The notes beneath the pieces were generated by a model. It was not told the DNA's origin, made no database searches, and worked only from the letters and a program-made list of their open reading frames with translations. Of a stretch of 64,000 nt of DNA, positions 25,034 to 39,716 are shown one piece after another; position 1 is the stretch's first letter; the number at the start of each line of letters is the position of its first letter. Source of the DNA: Octopus sinensis (taxonomy: Eukaryota); assembly GCF_006345805.1 (NCBI RefSeq), contig NC_043009.1, positions 41,850,001 through 41,914,000 on the forward strand. Reading direction: 5' to 3'. Made by a program: the position numbers and the translations under genes.

Positions 25034-25525
25034 GCTCGTGTGGCCAAGTGGTTAGTGCATTCGGCTCACGATCGTTAAAAATCGTGAGTTCGATATCTGG
25101 TGTCCTTCAGCAAGGCTCTTTACTACACGTTGCTCCAGTCAATTCAGCTATCGCTAAAGAAGTTGTACATGTATTTTAAAGGGCCAGCCTTCTCACATTC
25201 TGTGTCACGCTGACTCTCCCTGGGAACTACTTTAAGGGTACGCGTGCCTGTGGAGTGCTCAGCCACTTGCACGTTAATCTCACATGCAGGCTGTTCAGTT
25301 GACCCGATGAACTGGGACACTTGCCGACCCAACAGAGAGAGTGCCAGTTATTTCACATTGCCCCAGTCTACTCAGCTGGGAAAAGGGAGATATATCTGGA
25401 ATTTCAAAGGGCCAGCCTCTTGTCTGTGGAGTACTCAACCACAATCACCTTAATTTAACAAACAGGCTGTTCCATTGATCGGATCAAATGAAACACTCGT
25501 CGTCGTAACCGACGGAGTACCAGTT
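25034..25525 (+). mobile_element. SINE family B followed by a second, 5'-truncated B unit
   Basis: gtggccaagtggttagtgc head; the ccagtcyactcagct and gtggagtrctcarcc blocks each occur twice. Confidence 0.8.
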
Positions 25526-25669
25526 AGTTATTTGCTCATGCACATACGCACATACTATTTTTTATGCACTCGCTCACACTCCTAAACTTGTATGACAACT
25601 CATACACTCACGCGAAAATATACTCACAAGCTCTCGTGGTAACACACTTATTTACTCTCTCTTTTTATT

Positions 25670-26030
25670 TTCTTGTCTTTTACATGTTTCAGTTATTTGA
25701 CTGCTGCTATGCTTTAGTCGAACACATCGATCCCAGGACTTATTCTTTGTAAGCCTAGTACTTATTCTATCGGTCTCTTTTGCCGAACCGCTAAGTTACG
25801 GAGACCTAAACACACCAGAATCAGTTGTCAAGCGATGTTAGGGGGACAAACATAGACACACAAACACACACACACACATATATAAATACATATACCTATA
25901 TACAACGGGCTTCTTTCAGTTTCCGTCGGCCCGAGGCTACAGTAGAAGACACTTGCCCAAGGTGCCACGCAGTGGAACTGAACCCGGAGCCATGTGGCTG
26001 GTAAGCAAGCTACTTACCACACAGCCACAA
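25670..26030 (-). mobile_element. SINE family A
   Basis: Reverse-complement match to 31105-31572. Confidence 0.85.
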
Positions 26031-26825
26031 ACCCATACACTCTCATACGTTATCACTTCTATACATATTCACTCATGCACACATGCACACATGCACATAC
26101 TTATATACACATTCATTTATTTATACCCATCCACACAAATTCTCACGCTCACGTATACATTTTCATTGGCTTAGAAATACACACGCTCATATTTACATAT
26201 TCTCGCACACAGTTATTTATATGTTCACTCATCCACACGCCGACACAAGTACACGCAAACTCAGTTTACATATGCATAATCACGCACAGGTATAAGCGAC
26301 ACAGATACTTACACACTCAGACACATGTCTTCTCATACACATGCACATCGATGTCAAAAGCCATATACTCAAATACACATATATGCATTCTTTCATACAC
26401 AAACACACACAGAATCTCTCTCTCTCTCTCTCTGACACACACATATATACACATAGAAAAGTACAAACATACACGTATATGTACACACACGAACACATAC
26501 ACGACCTCACGTACAGAAGCAGAATCAAACCCACTCTTAGAAACACGCTTTTAGAAACACACACATAAACTTATACATAAATGAAAGAAGAGCAGAAACA
26601 TACACATATGAGCTTACACACAGACGTACATATACATGCATTGACGCACATACACACAAACCCAAACCCAGGCAGTGCATCACACACACAGACTCACAGA
26701 CACAGACAGAGAATATATACAGAGACACACATAAACTTACACACTAAAGACACAAACGTATGGAAGACACAAAGTCACATACAGAAGGGCACACTCATAT
26801 ATTCTTTTCTACTTTTCTCCGCGTA

Positions 26826-27264
26826 TATTCTTTTTGACTCTAGGCACAAGGCCCGAAATTTTTGGAGAAGGGGGCGGCAGTCAATTAGATCGACCCCAGT
26901 ACGCAACTCGTACTTAATTTATTGACCCCGAAAGGATGAAAGGCAAAGTCGACCTCGGCAGAATTTGAACTCAGGACGTAAAGACAGATGAAATACTGCT
27001 AAGCATTTCGCCCCGCGTGCTAACGGTTCTCATTTCTTTATTGCCCCAAAGGGGCTAAACATAGAGGGGACAAACAAGGACAGGCAAAGGTATTAAGTCG
27101 ATTACATCGACCCCAGTGCGTAACTGGTACTTAATTTATCGACCCCGAAAGAATTAAAAGGTGAAGTCGACCTCGGCGGAATTTGAACTCAGAACGTAAC
27201 GGCAGACGGAATACCGCTAAGCATTTCGCCCGGCGTGCTAACGGTTCTGTCAGCTCGCCACCTT
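26826..27264 (-). mobile_element. Head-to-tail SINE family C dimer (C2-tailed unit joined to C1-tailed unit)
   Basis: Same architecture as 16331-16730; junction after gtgctaacggttct at 27030. Confidence 0.85.
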
Positions 27265-27576
27265 CGCGGATGCATATGGTAACAAACTAAAACAGAGACA
27301 TAGAAACACACACTCACACACACGCAGATGAACAAACGTATATATATGTATAGAATGATAGACATATATACCCACAGACGTCTACAATATTCTTTGTCTT
27401 TTGCTGACTTTCGTTTCCCAGAAATGCTGCCGTCTAAAACAACAGCATTCATTACATTGTTTTATTAGCAGAAAGCTTGCCAACTACGTCTCGAGGCTGT
27501 TCCCAGTTGCAACTAGTTTTAAGACACAATGTGTGTGGTATAGGAGAGGCAGGGCCTGCTACAACAACACTGAAAT

Positions 27577-27588
27577 GACTACTACTAT

Positions 27589-27624
<36 letters not shown>

Positions 27625-27648
27625 CACACCACCACCACCACCACCACC

Positions 27649-27694
<46 letters not shown>

Positions 27695-27728
27695 ATAATA
27701 ATAATATAATAATAATAATAATAATAAT
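27577..27728. repeat. Compound (ACT)n(ACC)n(ACT)n(AAT)n microsatellite
   Basis: Direct reading. Confidence 0.9.
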
Positions 27729-28699
27729 GAAACAAAATATCTTTTGACTTAATGAGATGAAAAACGAAATGTTTCCTTGTTTAATGAGACAGCCAAAGTT
27801 TCGGTATTTATTGCTCTAAAGTCAGCTCTCCGTTTTCACTTGTCAAACAACCGACGAAAGTCGTGCAAAAAATTAACTCTGCCTGAGCTCTGATATATAG
27901 TTGGTAGCTTAGGGAAGAGCACAAAACTTGTCTAATATTTTTCTTTACGTGTCAACGAGAGACTCTCTACACTCGCTCAGAATGCTTGCAATCACTGCAG
28001 TATCTCCTGTAAATCGCAACCGTAAAGTCTAAGAAAGAGCGATTTATTATAGCAATAGGAACTGTAAAAGGGGAATGATGCGGTCTTAAGTGCACAGTGA
28101 CTGGGAACAAAGATGATCAGAGCACAGGTAGAATACATGCAGTTAACGGAGCGACATATGTTTAAACAAAAGATTTTCGTTTCAGTATAACTTGGGACCC
28201 GTCTGTAGATTCGATATATGTCACTGACCACTAAGAACACTGTAGACTCAGACAAAATTATACTTTATTCTTATTGCTCTGTTGGTGACTAATAAACTCA
28301 GCTTTTGACAGACATACACGTCCGCAGATACTGTAGTCAAAACTTCATTCATGTTACAGTGCGTTTTCGAACAGTTCAGTTACGTTGGGCAAGCAAAATG
28401 CATGTTTATATATTTTTTTAATGCCCATACTTTCCTTTACTCGTTTTTTCTATCGGTGGATATGTCAAGCTTTAATTTCCCAATTGCTTTTGCATATTTC
28501 AAATGTCTTCAACGAAGGTTTTATGTAATACATTCCTTAAACCGTAGCCTTGGTTTCTGCTGAGGGCTCTTTCGGCAAATACGTTCACCATAAAGTAGAT
28601 ATCTATCTATATATCTTGCTAGCTAGCTATATCTATGTACGTATGTATGTATATATGCATATGTATATATGTATATATATATATACATACATGTATAGA

Positions 28700-28725
28700 T
28701 ATATCTATCTATCTATATATATATT

Positions 28726-28784
<59 letters not shown>

Positions 28785-28813
28785 GTATATAGATATAGAT
28801 ATAGATATATATG

Positions 28814-28858
<45 letters not shown>

Positions 28859-29123
28859 CGACGAGACGTGTTCTGTCCTCACCTTCGAAACACGCTGGAG
28901 TTGAACTAGGGACGGCTGATGAAGGGGATTTTTCCTTATATAGTTGTCTTGTACCCTGTTTTTTCGTTGTTAAAGGAATGGTCAGTTCCATGCTGTTTTT
29001 ACGTTTTCGTTTCTTGTTGAGTTCTACGTCTATTTGTGGTGTCCTGTACACACGTATATATATTATATATATATATATATATATGTATATAGATATAGAT
29101 ATATATGTATGTATATATATATA

Positions 29124-29154
<31 letters not shown>

Positions 29155-29415
29155 GTATATAGATATAGATATATATGTATGTATATATATATATATATTA
29201 TATATATATATATATATTTCGACGAGACGTGTTCTGTCCTCACCTTCGAAACACGCTGGAGTTGAACTAGGGACGGCTGATGAAGGGGATTTTTCCTTAT
29301 ATAGTTGTCTTGTACCCTGTTTTTTCGTTGTTAAAGGAATGGTCAGTTCCATGCTGTTTTTACGTTTTCGTTTCTTGTTGAGTTCTACGTCTATTTGTGG
29401 TGTCCTGTACACACG
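28700..29415. repeat. Tandem duplication with a 361-bp period: about 200-bp unique block plus (TA)n
   Basis: 28856-29054 appears identical to 29217-29415. Confidence 0.9.
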
Positions 29416-30713
29416 TATATATATTTATATATGCATGTATATATACATGTAGATGTAGGTACGTACATATATCTTTGTATGTATGCATATATTTTATTTA
29501 TTACACTATATATATATATATATATAATATATGTATACACACAAACGCATATATTTATAGAACATCAAAATAAGTGGTTGAGACTTTATAGAATAATAGT
29601 GGTTTTGATAACAAAGTTAATACCAGGGAAATATAATAAAAGTATATTATTAAATATAATAAAAGTATATTATTAATTAAAATTTCTTGATCCATATGAT
29701 ACACCTATTAATGAACACACGCGTTGTTCATTCACATCTAAATATTTTTGTTTGAATATTTTGATACCATATGTAGCAAGAAATTGAAATGAATAACAAT
29801 AGATCTCAACACGGTGGTCGCGAATAAATAACATTATTTTTATATCATAGAGAAATTGCAACTGTATACTATTATAGTGTAGAGATGTATTTCTACAACA
29901 CAGGAAGTTTCTAAAGAAACTTTTAAAAATATCTCTAATCATTAAGATTAGATATGACAAACATTTTAAAGGTTGACCTGGAAAATATAACTCCACATTT
30001 GCTAACGCATCTTTTATAAAAAAAATTCATTTAGTAAATGTTTATTTGACAACGAAGGAAATTGAATTATAATTCAAAATATACTTCCGGTTTCTCTTCA
30101 TTGTGTCTGCGGTTATAAAATAAAGCGGTCAGGAATTTGGTAAACCATCTTCAATGGAAATGAAATAACATTCTTTGACTTCGTTTCCTGCCGACCAGGA
30201 ATGTTTTTTGTCAAAGCAAATGTTATTTTTCAACTTGTTTGTTTCATTACTGGATGTTGAACATTCGTGGAGAGGATCTGAAACAAAAATTTAACTCGCA
30301 TTTAATAATATTGTAATTGGTAGCAATTAAAGACAAATGACTAATCTTAAAGCTGAATTAGCAAGAAAACAGGAACGTACATTATTAGCTAAAGGTCTAC
30401 CAATACACGTGTCAGTGAGATTTCATCTAAGCTCCTGAACATATATTATTCTTAATGCTTCAGTCATTCTGATTGTGACAATAAGTGCCTTACCATAGAG
30501 TAGCACGTTATAACTTAGAAAGTTTGACTCGTTCTATTTCCGCTAAAAAAATTCTAATATATTCAATTCGTAAACTTTTAAATCAGAGCGGTGTGGAGTG
30601 GGGAAAATAAATTCTGGATAACTGAGTCTAGTATTTGCTTCAGAGCTGATAAATAAGTAGGACTGGTACATATGATGAGAAGCAGTCAGTTTGATAGGCA
30701 TTCAAAAGCTTTA

Positions 30714-30748
<35 letters not shown>

Positions 30749-31104
30749 GCACAAACACACACACACATACACACATACACTCACACACGCATGCACACAC
30801 GCACGCACACACACATACATATATACATACATATATGTATGCATGCATACATACATACATGCATGCACACATACATAGCCACTGAGCTCAGCGACTACTA
30901 CTAAATTCAGGCCACGACAGACAGAGAGGATGTTCTTGAAGCCGAGGATTGCAAACTTACGGGCACCATATTTACATATCGCCCGAGGAAACCCAACTAG
31001 GTCTCATAATACAGGGAAGCAATTGGAAAAATCAAATACCTGCACTCCTGGTGAACTACGTTGCATGGAAACAATTGTAGTGATTAAAAAATAAATGATC
31101 AACC

Positions 31105-31295
31105 GCGCAGGAGTGGCTGTGTCGTAAGTAGGCGCTGGAGTGGCTGTGTGGTAAGTAGCTTGCCTACCAACCACATGGTTCCGGGTTCAGTCCCACTGCG
31201 TGGCACCTTGGGCAAGTGTCTTCTACTATAGCCTCAGGCCGACCAAAGCCTTGTGAGTGGATTTGGTAGACGGAAACTGAAAGAAGCCCGTCGTA

Positions 31296-31337
<42 letters not shown>

Positions 31338-31572
31338 GTGTGTGTGTGTGTGTCGTGTATGTTTGTGTGTTGTGTTAGTCCCCTAGCATTGCTTAACAAC
31401 CGATACTGGTGTGTTTATGTCCCCGTCACTTAGCGGTTCGGCAAAAGAGACCGATAGAATAAGTACTAGGCTTACAAAGAATAAGTCCCGGGGTCGAGTT
31501 GCTCGACAAAAAGCGGTGCTCCAGCATGGCCGCAGTCAACTGACTGAAACAAGTAAAAGAGTAAAAGAGTAA
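31105..31572 (+). mobile_element. SINE family A, full length, with its first 27 nt duplicated
   Basis: A box tggctgtgtggtaag, B box ggttcagtccc, internal TA/TG repeat, (AAAGAGT)n tail; head repeated at 31105-31131 and 31132-31158. Confidence 0.9.
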
Positions 31573-31620
31573 CCGTACCCCTCTTCTTGTGGATTCCAAT
31601 TTTCTTCCAAAGATATATAT

Positions 31621-31654
<34 letters not shown>

Positions 31655-31939
31655 TATATATATATATATATATTATATATTAGAAATATGTTACAAAAGA
31701 AAACATAAAATACACGTGAAATGTAAGGGTAAAATATGAAAAATCACGAAAATGCACATTGCAAATAAAAAAAAGGCTATTTATGACCGGTAACGACAAA
31801 TATATATATTTGGATTGACTGAGGTAGTAATAAAAGTCATAAAAGTCATTATTATGAGATGATTATAAGATGATAATAAATTAAGAGAACAAAGCGAACC
31901 ATGGTTTACGCAAAACTATTCATCGCTTGAAAAAACCCA

Positions 31940-32001
<62 letters not shown>

Positions 32002-32410
32002 ACATACATAAACATATGTACGCGTATACGCTTCGCTCAAATTTTGTAGTCAACACATGATGCAAATATGTAAGTATAACACTCTTTACTCCGACATTCA
32101 ATGCTCAATTGATGATGTGCAGCATGATTGTCTTCACATACTGCGAACTGCCTTCAGAAGCCTGTAAAGTACACGTGGTCAGGGTACGACAGTTGCTTCT
32201 TCTTCGTGCTTCTTAGAATATAGGTGCTTTAGCTACCAATTTGGCTGTGAATCAGGAAGTATCTTCAAATTTGAATTCGTATATAAGCGAATAATTTTTG
32301 CCTAATAAATGGTGAAACAATTGGACTTGTTTTCAGTATATCTTTAATTTATAGCTAATTTATAGATTTGATTGTGAGATACACTTGTTAATTATACATG
32401 CCTATATATA

Positions 32411-32801
32411 GGCGCAGGAGTGGCTGTGAGGTAAGTAGCTTGCTTACCAACCACATGGTTCGTGGCATCTTGGGCAAGTGTCTTCTGCTATAGCCTCGGG
32501 CCGACCAAAGCCTTGTGAGTGGATTTGGTAGGCGGATACTGGAAGAAGCCCGTCGTATATATGTATATATATATATATGTATGTATATGTTTGTGTGTCT
32601 GTGTTTGTCCCCCCACCATTGCTTGACAACCGATGGTGGTGTGTTTACGTAAGTTAGCAGTGCAGCAGAAGAAACTGATAGAATAAGTACTAGGCTTACA
32701 AAGAATAAGTCCTGGGGTCGATTTACTCGACTAGAAGGCGGTGCTCCAGCATGGCCGCAGTGAAATGACTGAAACATGTAAAAGAGTAAGAGTGAAAGAG
32801 T
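32411..32801 (+). mobile_element. SINE family A with internal deletions
   Basis: Colinear with 31132-31572. Confidence 0.88.
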
Positions 32802-33409
32802 ATATTGTCAGAAAGCTGCATATTTTTGAATACCTACTGTAAAATCATTACGTACCAAAACTAAATAAATAGAAAGAACCTAAAAAGATAAGAAAAGTTC
32901 ATCACAAATCTATACGAAACAACCTTTGTTATCAGGCGTCTCTCTGTCCCCACAACACTTGGAATTCTCTGTGCTCATCTCTCGTTTGCTTATTACTGAT
33001 TCTACAAGTTTATAGATTGTGAATTAAGCTATTTTACTATTTGCCTGAATAAAGCTAAGATTTCAAATAAATCTTTAGATAGAAAAACACACGGTTCGAA
33101 ATTTTGTTGCATAATAGACTTTGGCATATTGATGAACATATGAAGTCTATAATACCTGACGTAAATTCTGCAGAAGTATCTATTTGTTAGGATGCGAGTC
33201 CGTTTACGATAAGAACGTATGTGATTCTATAACAGGCTATCATGAAGAAAAATAGGATTATATATTTTAAATTTTATTTAGTATGCAAAATATTTGCAGA
33301 CATTTTCCTCGAAATATCGGTTTTTGTGTTATTGTAATTCGGGGAAAATTAATGTGATTTATCTGTAAATATGTGTGTATGCATATATGCATTAATCTGT
33401 ATTTCTATA

Positions 33410-33556
33410 TATGTGCGTTATATATATATATTATATATATATATAATAATATATATTATATATATATATAATATATACATATATATATATACATATACAA
33501 TATATATACATATATACAATATACATATATACATATATATACATATATATATATAT

Positions 33557-33592
<36 letters not shown>

Positions 33593-33639
33593 CGTATATA
33601 TGCATATATATATATATTATATATATATGAATATATGTA

Positions 33640-33671
<32 letters not shown>

Positions 33672-33771
33672 CGTATATATGCATATATATATATACATAT
33701 ATATATATATAATATATATATATATAATATATATATGTATGTATATATGCATATGTATGTTATATATATGC

Positions 33772-33821
<50 letters not shown>

Positions 33822-33830
33822 ATATAGATA
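33410..33830. repeat. Long imperfect (TA)n array
   Basis: Direct reading. Confidence 0.95.
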
Positions 33831-34675
33831 GATAGATAGAAGAGTAGATATAAAGATAGATATAGACATGTATGTATGTAAAATATTTATGTAGAGACAC
33901 TGCCATTAGCATGTGCCGTGTATAAACATTGCTGACTATACGCCAATGTTTGCCAATGCTACTTTTCGTATATTTTCTCTTCCTTTATCTTCCTCGAAGA
34001 TACGACTACGCTAATTATTTTCTTGCCCACAGATTAGATTTGCTAAATTTATGTCCGATTTATCACGTTCCAGTGATTTAGGCCAGTGGAATTCCATGCT
34101 ATTAAGTGATTGAACTAAGGAAAAGTTGTCAATTATCATTTCCGTTGAAATTAAAACAACAAAATCATTATTTCCTCGCTAAAACAAAAGGTTTAAATAA
34201 CCTAACATAATCTCGAAAATGTGTTTACGTTTTGGTTCATCTGGGTAAATATATCAATCTGCTATACGCGCCATCGTTTAATTCCGTGCACTACAGAGTC
34301 ACGGCACAGTTTTTAAAATTACTTTTTGTTAAAAATGCTCCATTTCTCTTCTCCTTTCTCTCTCTCTCTCCGCTCCTTATTTCTCTCTCTCCCTTTATCT
34401 ATCAATCCATCTTTCTCTTATTCTTTCCCCGTTTCTCTTCTTTTCTTTTTTGATCGAATATTCTCATATGATAACAATTCCTCATCTGATTTATTTAGCG
34501 TTGTGGTTTCTCTTCTTGTTCGAATTCTTTTTTCGTTATATAAACGACATGAGTGTCTTCTCCAGTTGTCGTTCCCATATAATTTGAAAACTACTTTCTT
34601 TCGTTTCATTCATCGATCATAAATTCGTTTCTTCTTTTTGTAATTTCAAAATTAGAAAGTGATATAATAATAGTT

Positions 34676-35061
34676 ACAAGTTTTGGCACGTGGTTAATAA
34701 TTTCCGGGGAAAGGCAAATGTCGATGACATCGATCCCAGTGCTTATCTGGCACTTTATTTATCGACTCTGAAAGTATGAAAAGCAAAGTCGACCTTGGTG
34801 GAATTTGGGTTCAGAACGTAAAAACGGAAGACTAAGTAATATAATCCTTTCTACTATAGGCACAAGGCCTGAAATTTGGGGGAGATGGGATAATCGATTT
34901 CATCGATTCCGATGTTTCACAGGTACTTAATTTATCAACACCAAAAGGATGAAAAGCAAAGTCGATCTCGGTGGAATTTTGAACTAAAAACGTCAAGGCG
35001 GACGAAATGCCACTAAGCATTTTACCCGGAGTGCAAACGATTCAGCCAGCTCGACGTCTTA
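34676..35061 (-). mobile_element. Two adjacent diverged SINE family C copies; the right copy has its own 11-bp TSD
   Basis: taagtaatata (34833-43) and taagtgatata (35063-73). Confidence 0.75.
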
Positions 35062-35629
35062 GTAAGTGATATATTAATGAACGCAAAAGAAAGGTCGAGA
35101 TCACACTAAGAGCAATCGCAAGCACCATATTTGGAAAATAGAAAGAAATAACAACAAGGATGTGCAAATAATATTTTAGATCCATTATTGACTGTGCCAG
35201 TCCCAAATCCTTTCACAAGAACCCAACACATTTCAGAAAAAGCATAAACAGTACAATACGAGTCCTTAAGAGGTTCGATTCAGAAAACGCCCACAGAATC
35301 CTTATACTATGTAACACATTACTAAAAATGAATCTGATATGCCAGGGGTACAGTCTATGGCCGACACATGTTGCAACCCCCAACAGTCAGTGTCACTACA
35401 TAAAACTCCTACATTCAAGCACGCCTTGAACACTATTAAAACATTTCTAATTCACACTATGATGGTTAGTCTCTCGTAGTCCGAAAAGTCGGTTCTGCAA
35501 TTTCTTGCTGTTCTACTAGCACAAATGGTTTGTTTATTGTGATCAACGCATGTGCTGTACATTGGCTTACTCTCTTCATCAAATCGACTGAAAAAATTTC
35601 CCTGAAAAATGCATGGTGTACCACACGCC

Positions 35630-35762
35630 AGGTGTCTAAGTGAGCGCAGAGCAACGTGAGATGAAGCGTTTTGCTCAAGAACACAGCGCACCACCTGGTC
35701 CAGGAATTGAAATCTCAATCTTGCGATCGTGAGTCCAATACCCTCACCACTGGGCCATGCGT
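35630..35762 (-). mobile_element. SINE family B head, partial
   Basis: Reverse complement reads gcatggcccagtggtgagg...tttcaattcc...ttcttgagcaaaacg. Confidence 0.7.
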
Positions 35763-35825
35763 CCGCAACCTGTTCAACCTATCCTGGCGCAAAAACCACA
35801 CAAACAAAGAAATAGCTGCGTGTGT

Positions 35826-35856
<31 letters not shown>

Positions 35857-35859
35857 AAA

Positions 35860-36179
35860 GCGCGTGGCTTAGTGGTTAGGGGCATTCGGTTCATGATCGT
35901 AAGGTCGTGAGTTCAATTTCCGGCGGCGCGTTGTGTCTTTGAGCAAGACACTTTATTTAACGTTGCTCCAGTCCACTCAGTTGGCAAAAATGAGTAATAG
36001 CTGTGTTTCAAAGGGCCAATCTTTTCACACTCTGTGCCATGCTGAATCTCCCAGAGAACTACGTTAAGGGTACACGTGTTTGTGGAGTGCTCAGCCACTT
36101 GCACGTTAATTTCATGAGCAAGGAATTCTGTTGATCGTATCAGCTGGGACCCTCGTCGTCGCAACCGAAGGAGTGCTCC
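35860..36179 (+). mobile_element. SINE family B, full length
   Basis: A box tggcttagtggttagg, B box gagttcaatttcc; complete body. Confidence 0.9.
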
Positions 36180-36709
36180 TATATATATATGTATATGCAT
36201 ATGCATCCTAATCCTCCAAAGAAGTTTTTCCGGGGACTAATATTGAACTCTAAAAACATAAAGACACTACAATGTATTGGTATGCTTATTTATTAAATTT
36301 TGCATATATTTATTATTTTTTTGAAAAAAAATTGTAAATTTTTTTTCCCTTCCTCAATTTAAAAAAAAATTTCCCCTTCCAAATCTTGAAAATTTGCCTT
36401 GAAATGAAAGCTGGTTTGATTTCTTTTTTAATTTTTCATACACCCATTTTTATTAAAATTTACTATCAATTTAGCATTCTGCCTTATTATTTTTTCCTCT
36501 CCTATCATTTCTCCACGTGCGGTTAACACAACTCCACCATTTACTGACATATATATATATATATTATATAAGAAAAAGGGACAGGCAACAGGTAGCTTGA
36601 CTGCATACCGAAAAAGTAGAAATAGCAGTCAAGAATGCTTATTTCTATTTTCCACAAGTGGGGCTCCACACACGACAAACCCTGCAATTCACATATGCAA
36701 AACAGAAGG

Positions 36710-36760
<51 letters not shown>

Positions 36761-36799
36761 TATATGCATGTATGTATGTGTGTGTATGTGCGCTCGTGT

Positions 36800-36830
<31 letters not shown>

Positions 36831-37499
36831 CGTATACGCGTTGGACCTCCACTCAGTTTCTGTTTACCTATTTTTTGTCTATAAGCACAAGGTCGGCACT
36901 GTTAGAGTATAGTAGAAACACATGACCAAGATGCTGTAGCGTGGGACTGAACCCAAAATGTAGTAGTCAAGCGAATTTCTTCACCACACATCTGCGCCTG
37001 CGGTTATTTTCAAAAAAATATAATGACGTTAATGCCTACATTTTGAACATCAGAAATTTTAGTTTATCTACATAATAGCAATATAAACAATGAGCGCGAA
37101 TCGAAAAATAGCAAAATCACATAATCTCTTGCAAGTAGCTACATTTTTTTTTTTTCTGTTCGTTTGTTCTATAATCGCTTTCAGAAAATTGGAATATTTC
37201 TCCTTTTCTCTTTTCGTTATCTTTTCTTCTTTATTATTATTGGTATTATTATTAATATAATTTTTTTTTTTTTGCCTTGTTTAAGTGGAAGAACTTTTAA
37301 TATCCAGGTAAATACATACAAACACGTAACTTGTATTTCGATAGCTTTATCTATCACATCACAGTAAAAAAAAAGACAAAAAACTAAACCTGACGTTGCT
37401 TACCGTCAATGGTGTGACAGGAAGTGATATTTTCTACGTCACTTGGCTGTAACACAAGCGTGTATAATTCCACTCGAGAATAATGTATACACACACATA

Positions 37500-37510
37500 T
37501 ATGTGTGTAC

Positions 37511-37608
<98 letters not shown>

Positions 37609-37628
37609 TATATATATATATACATATG

Positions 37629-37681
<53 letters not shown>

Positions 37682-37696
37682 ATATATATATACATG

Positions 37697-37786
<90 letters not shown>
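37500..37786. repeat. Long (TA)n array
   Basis: Direct reading. Confidence 0.95.
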
Positions 37787-37788
<2 letters not shown>

Positions 37789-39428
37789 CCGGCAGAGGGG
37801 AATTAAAAAATGTAATGCCCAGTCTTCTGAGAGTCACGTTCAAAAGAATAATCCACTTGAAGATGAACCAGAAAATAAATGTTAGAAATAGTTCTTTTTT
37901 TTTTATTTTCATTTCCATTAAACTAGTATTGACTGAAAGATTGGTTATGAATAACCATCAGCTAAGTTGTTCAAATAATTGTATGAAAGCATAGGAGAAA
38001 TGTTGCGAGAGACAAACAGATGTTCATATAAAACATTTTCTCCAGTTATGGATAAAAATATAAATGGAGGTATATATATATAAAAAGCATTAACCATTTT
38101 CCAGCATTATTATTATTATTCTTGTTGTTGCTGTTGTCGTTGTTGTTGTGGTAAGGTAGGTGAAATGCCATTAAATACTGATCGACCATTCCTTGAGCTT
38201 CAGTTACAACAAGACTTTCAATGGAACCATCAATAAATTCCGGTTCCGGCGCAAAACATCAAGTAGTTGTGTTTGGAAGAGATGTTATGGAAAAAAGAGA
38301 AAAGAAAAAAAGAAAAAGGAGAAGTAAATAAACAAATAAAGAAGGAAACATCTCTTCTATGTTTCTATTAAAGATTAACGTCCTTTTATTTTCATTTAAA
38401 AACTAAGCAAACAATTAACCATTGTGATCTTATCATTCACACCTCGTGTTTGCTACAATAATATAAAAAGACGCTTTTTTCCACGTGGCTTAAAAACAAA
38501 TAAGCAATCATCAAAAACAAGCTCTATAATAACCTAATCAACACCCTTTTACCTGTATCTTTATAAAATGCAGGCTAAATTGACTCCATATGCTTTGAGG
38601 TTTCTGTTCGTCTTTTATATAATTTTCTTTTTTTTTTTCGTAGGGATGTATTAAATCTTCGCTATATTTTATCAAAAAGCAATAGAGGATATAATATTTA
38701 ACCTGTAATGTAGTCTCACAAACATACTCTGTTACATACTTACGCCGTCACATACCTGTACTGTCACATACTCACATTGCACATACCCGCAATATTACAT
38801 ACCGATGCTTTTAGATAACTTCACAGATATTATACGCACATTCTCATGTATACACACCGTGCATTTTCTAAAGTGATGTAAACCAACAGTGAGATATTTA
38901 CTCACAATTTTCTATAGAGGTGGAATCAAGTCTCTCTGCCATCAACTTTGTTAAGCAACGTCATGAGTGATTTACAATGAGAAGCGAGGTGCGTCATTTA
39001 AAAATCTCTTTCGGTCCTTCTTCTTTCAATCTCTTTCCCCCCCTCCTTTCACACTCTCTCTCTCTTACCCTGTTTCTCAATTCATGGTGTTACGCTACTG
39101 GGAGGGTTCATGAGAGACCACTGATAACATCCCTTTCTCACTGAAATAAAGGGATGAGCAAAGAACTAGCAGTAATCTTTCACCGAAAAAGCAGATATCC
39201 GGCTGAAGACGTTCGTGAACAGCTCCATGTTCAGTGGAGCGCAGAACGGAAACCATGTAACTGAAAAGAATATTGACGACGGCGAGAATTTTTAAGCTAA
39301 GTGTTTATAGATAAGAAAATCAATAAAACAATAGAACAAGCGTTGCCAAACCGTAGCAAACGAGAAAATATATCAATCAAATTCCATTTAAAATGCAATA
39401 GTACACAGTTGGTTATTGTTGTGTATGG

Positions 39429-39716
39429 CAGTGCTTCTCAAACTATCTGATGTGGAGTACCGGTAGTCTTTTTTTTTCCAATGTGCCATGGACCGGTAAT
39501 ATTTCTTAGTAACATTAATTTATCCCGGAAACAATATATCAAATGAATATGTCTTATATTCATTTTATAAACAAATAATGCAATATCATATAAGCATTTT
39601 TATAAGCATTTGATAAGCATTTTATAATGTTTCTCTTCTGAAAACTCACCACGCACCGGCAGCCGATGGCTCGCGGACTGGCACCTGTTCGCGGACCACC
39701 ACTTTGAGTAGCACTT
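39429..39716. mobile_element. Non-autonomous hAT (Charlie-like) MITE, 288 bp
   Basis: TIRs cagtgcttctcaaa and tttgagtagcactt (12/14 complementary); 8-bp TSD gtgtatgg (39421-28) and gagtatgg (39717-24). Confidence 0.85.

Noticed and set aside
29673-29996. 107-aa ORF with FKSFFRNFLCCR, like GPCR helix 8
   Set aside because: No NPxxY or transmembrane context, and no splice support.
35860-35935. tRNA-like heads with A and B boxes, here and in other SINE copies
   Set aside because: No complete cloverleaf, and each runs into a SINE body, so these are not tRNA genes.
36230-36480. Homopolymer-rich stretch of odd composition
   Set aside because: Looks like low-quality long-read consensus. The single-base phase slips in many (TA)n arrays may be errors as well.
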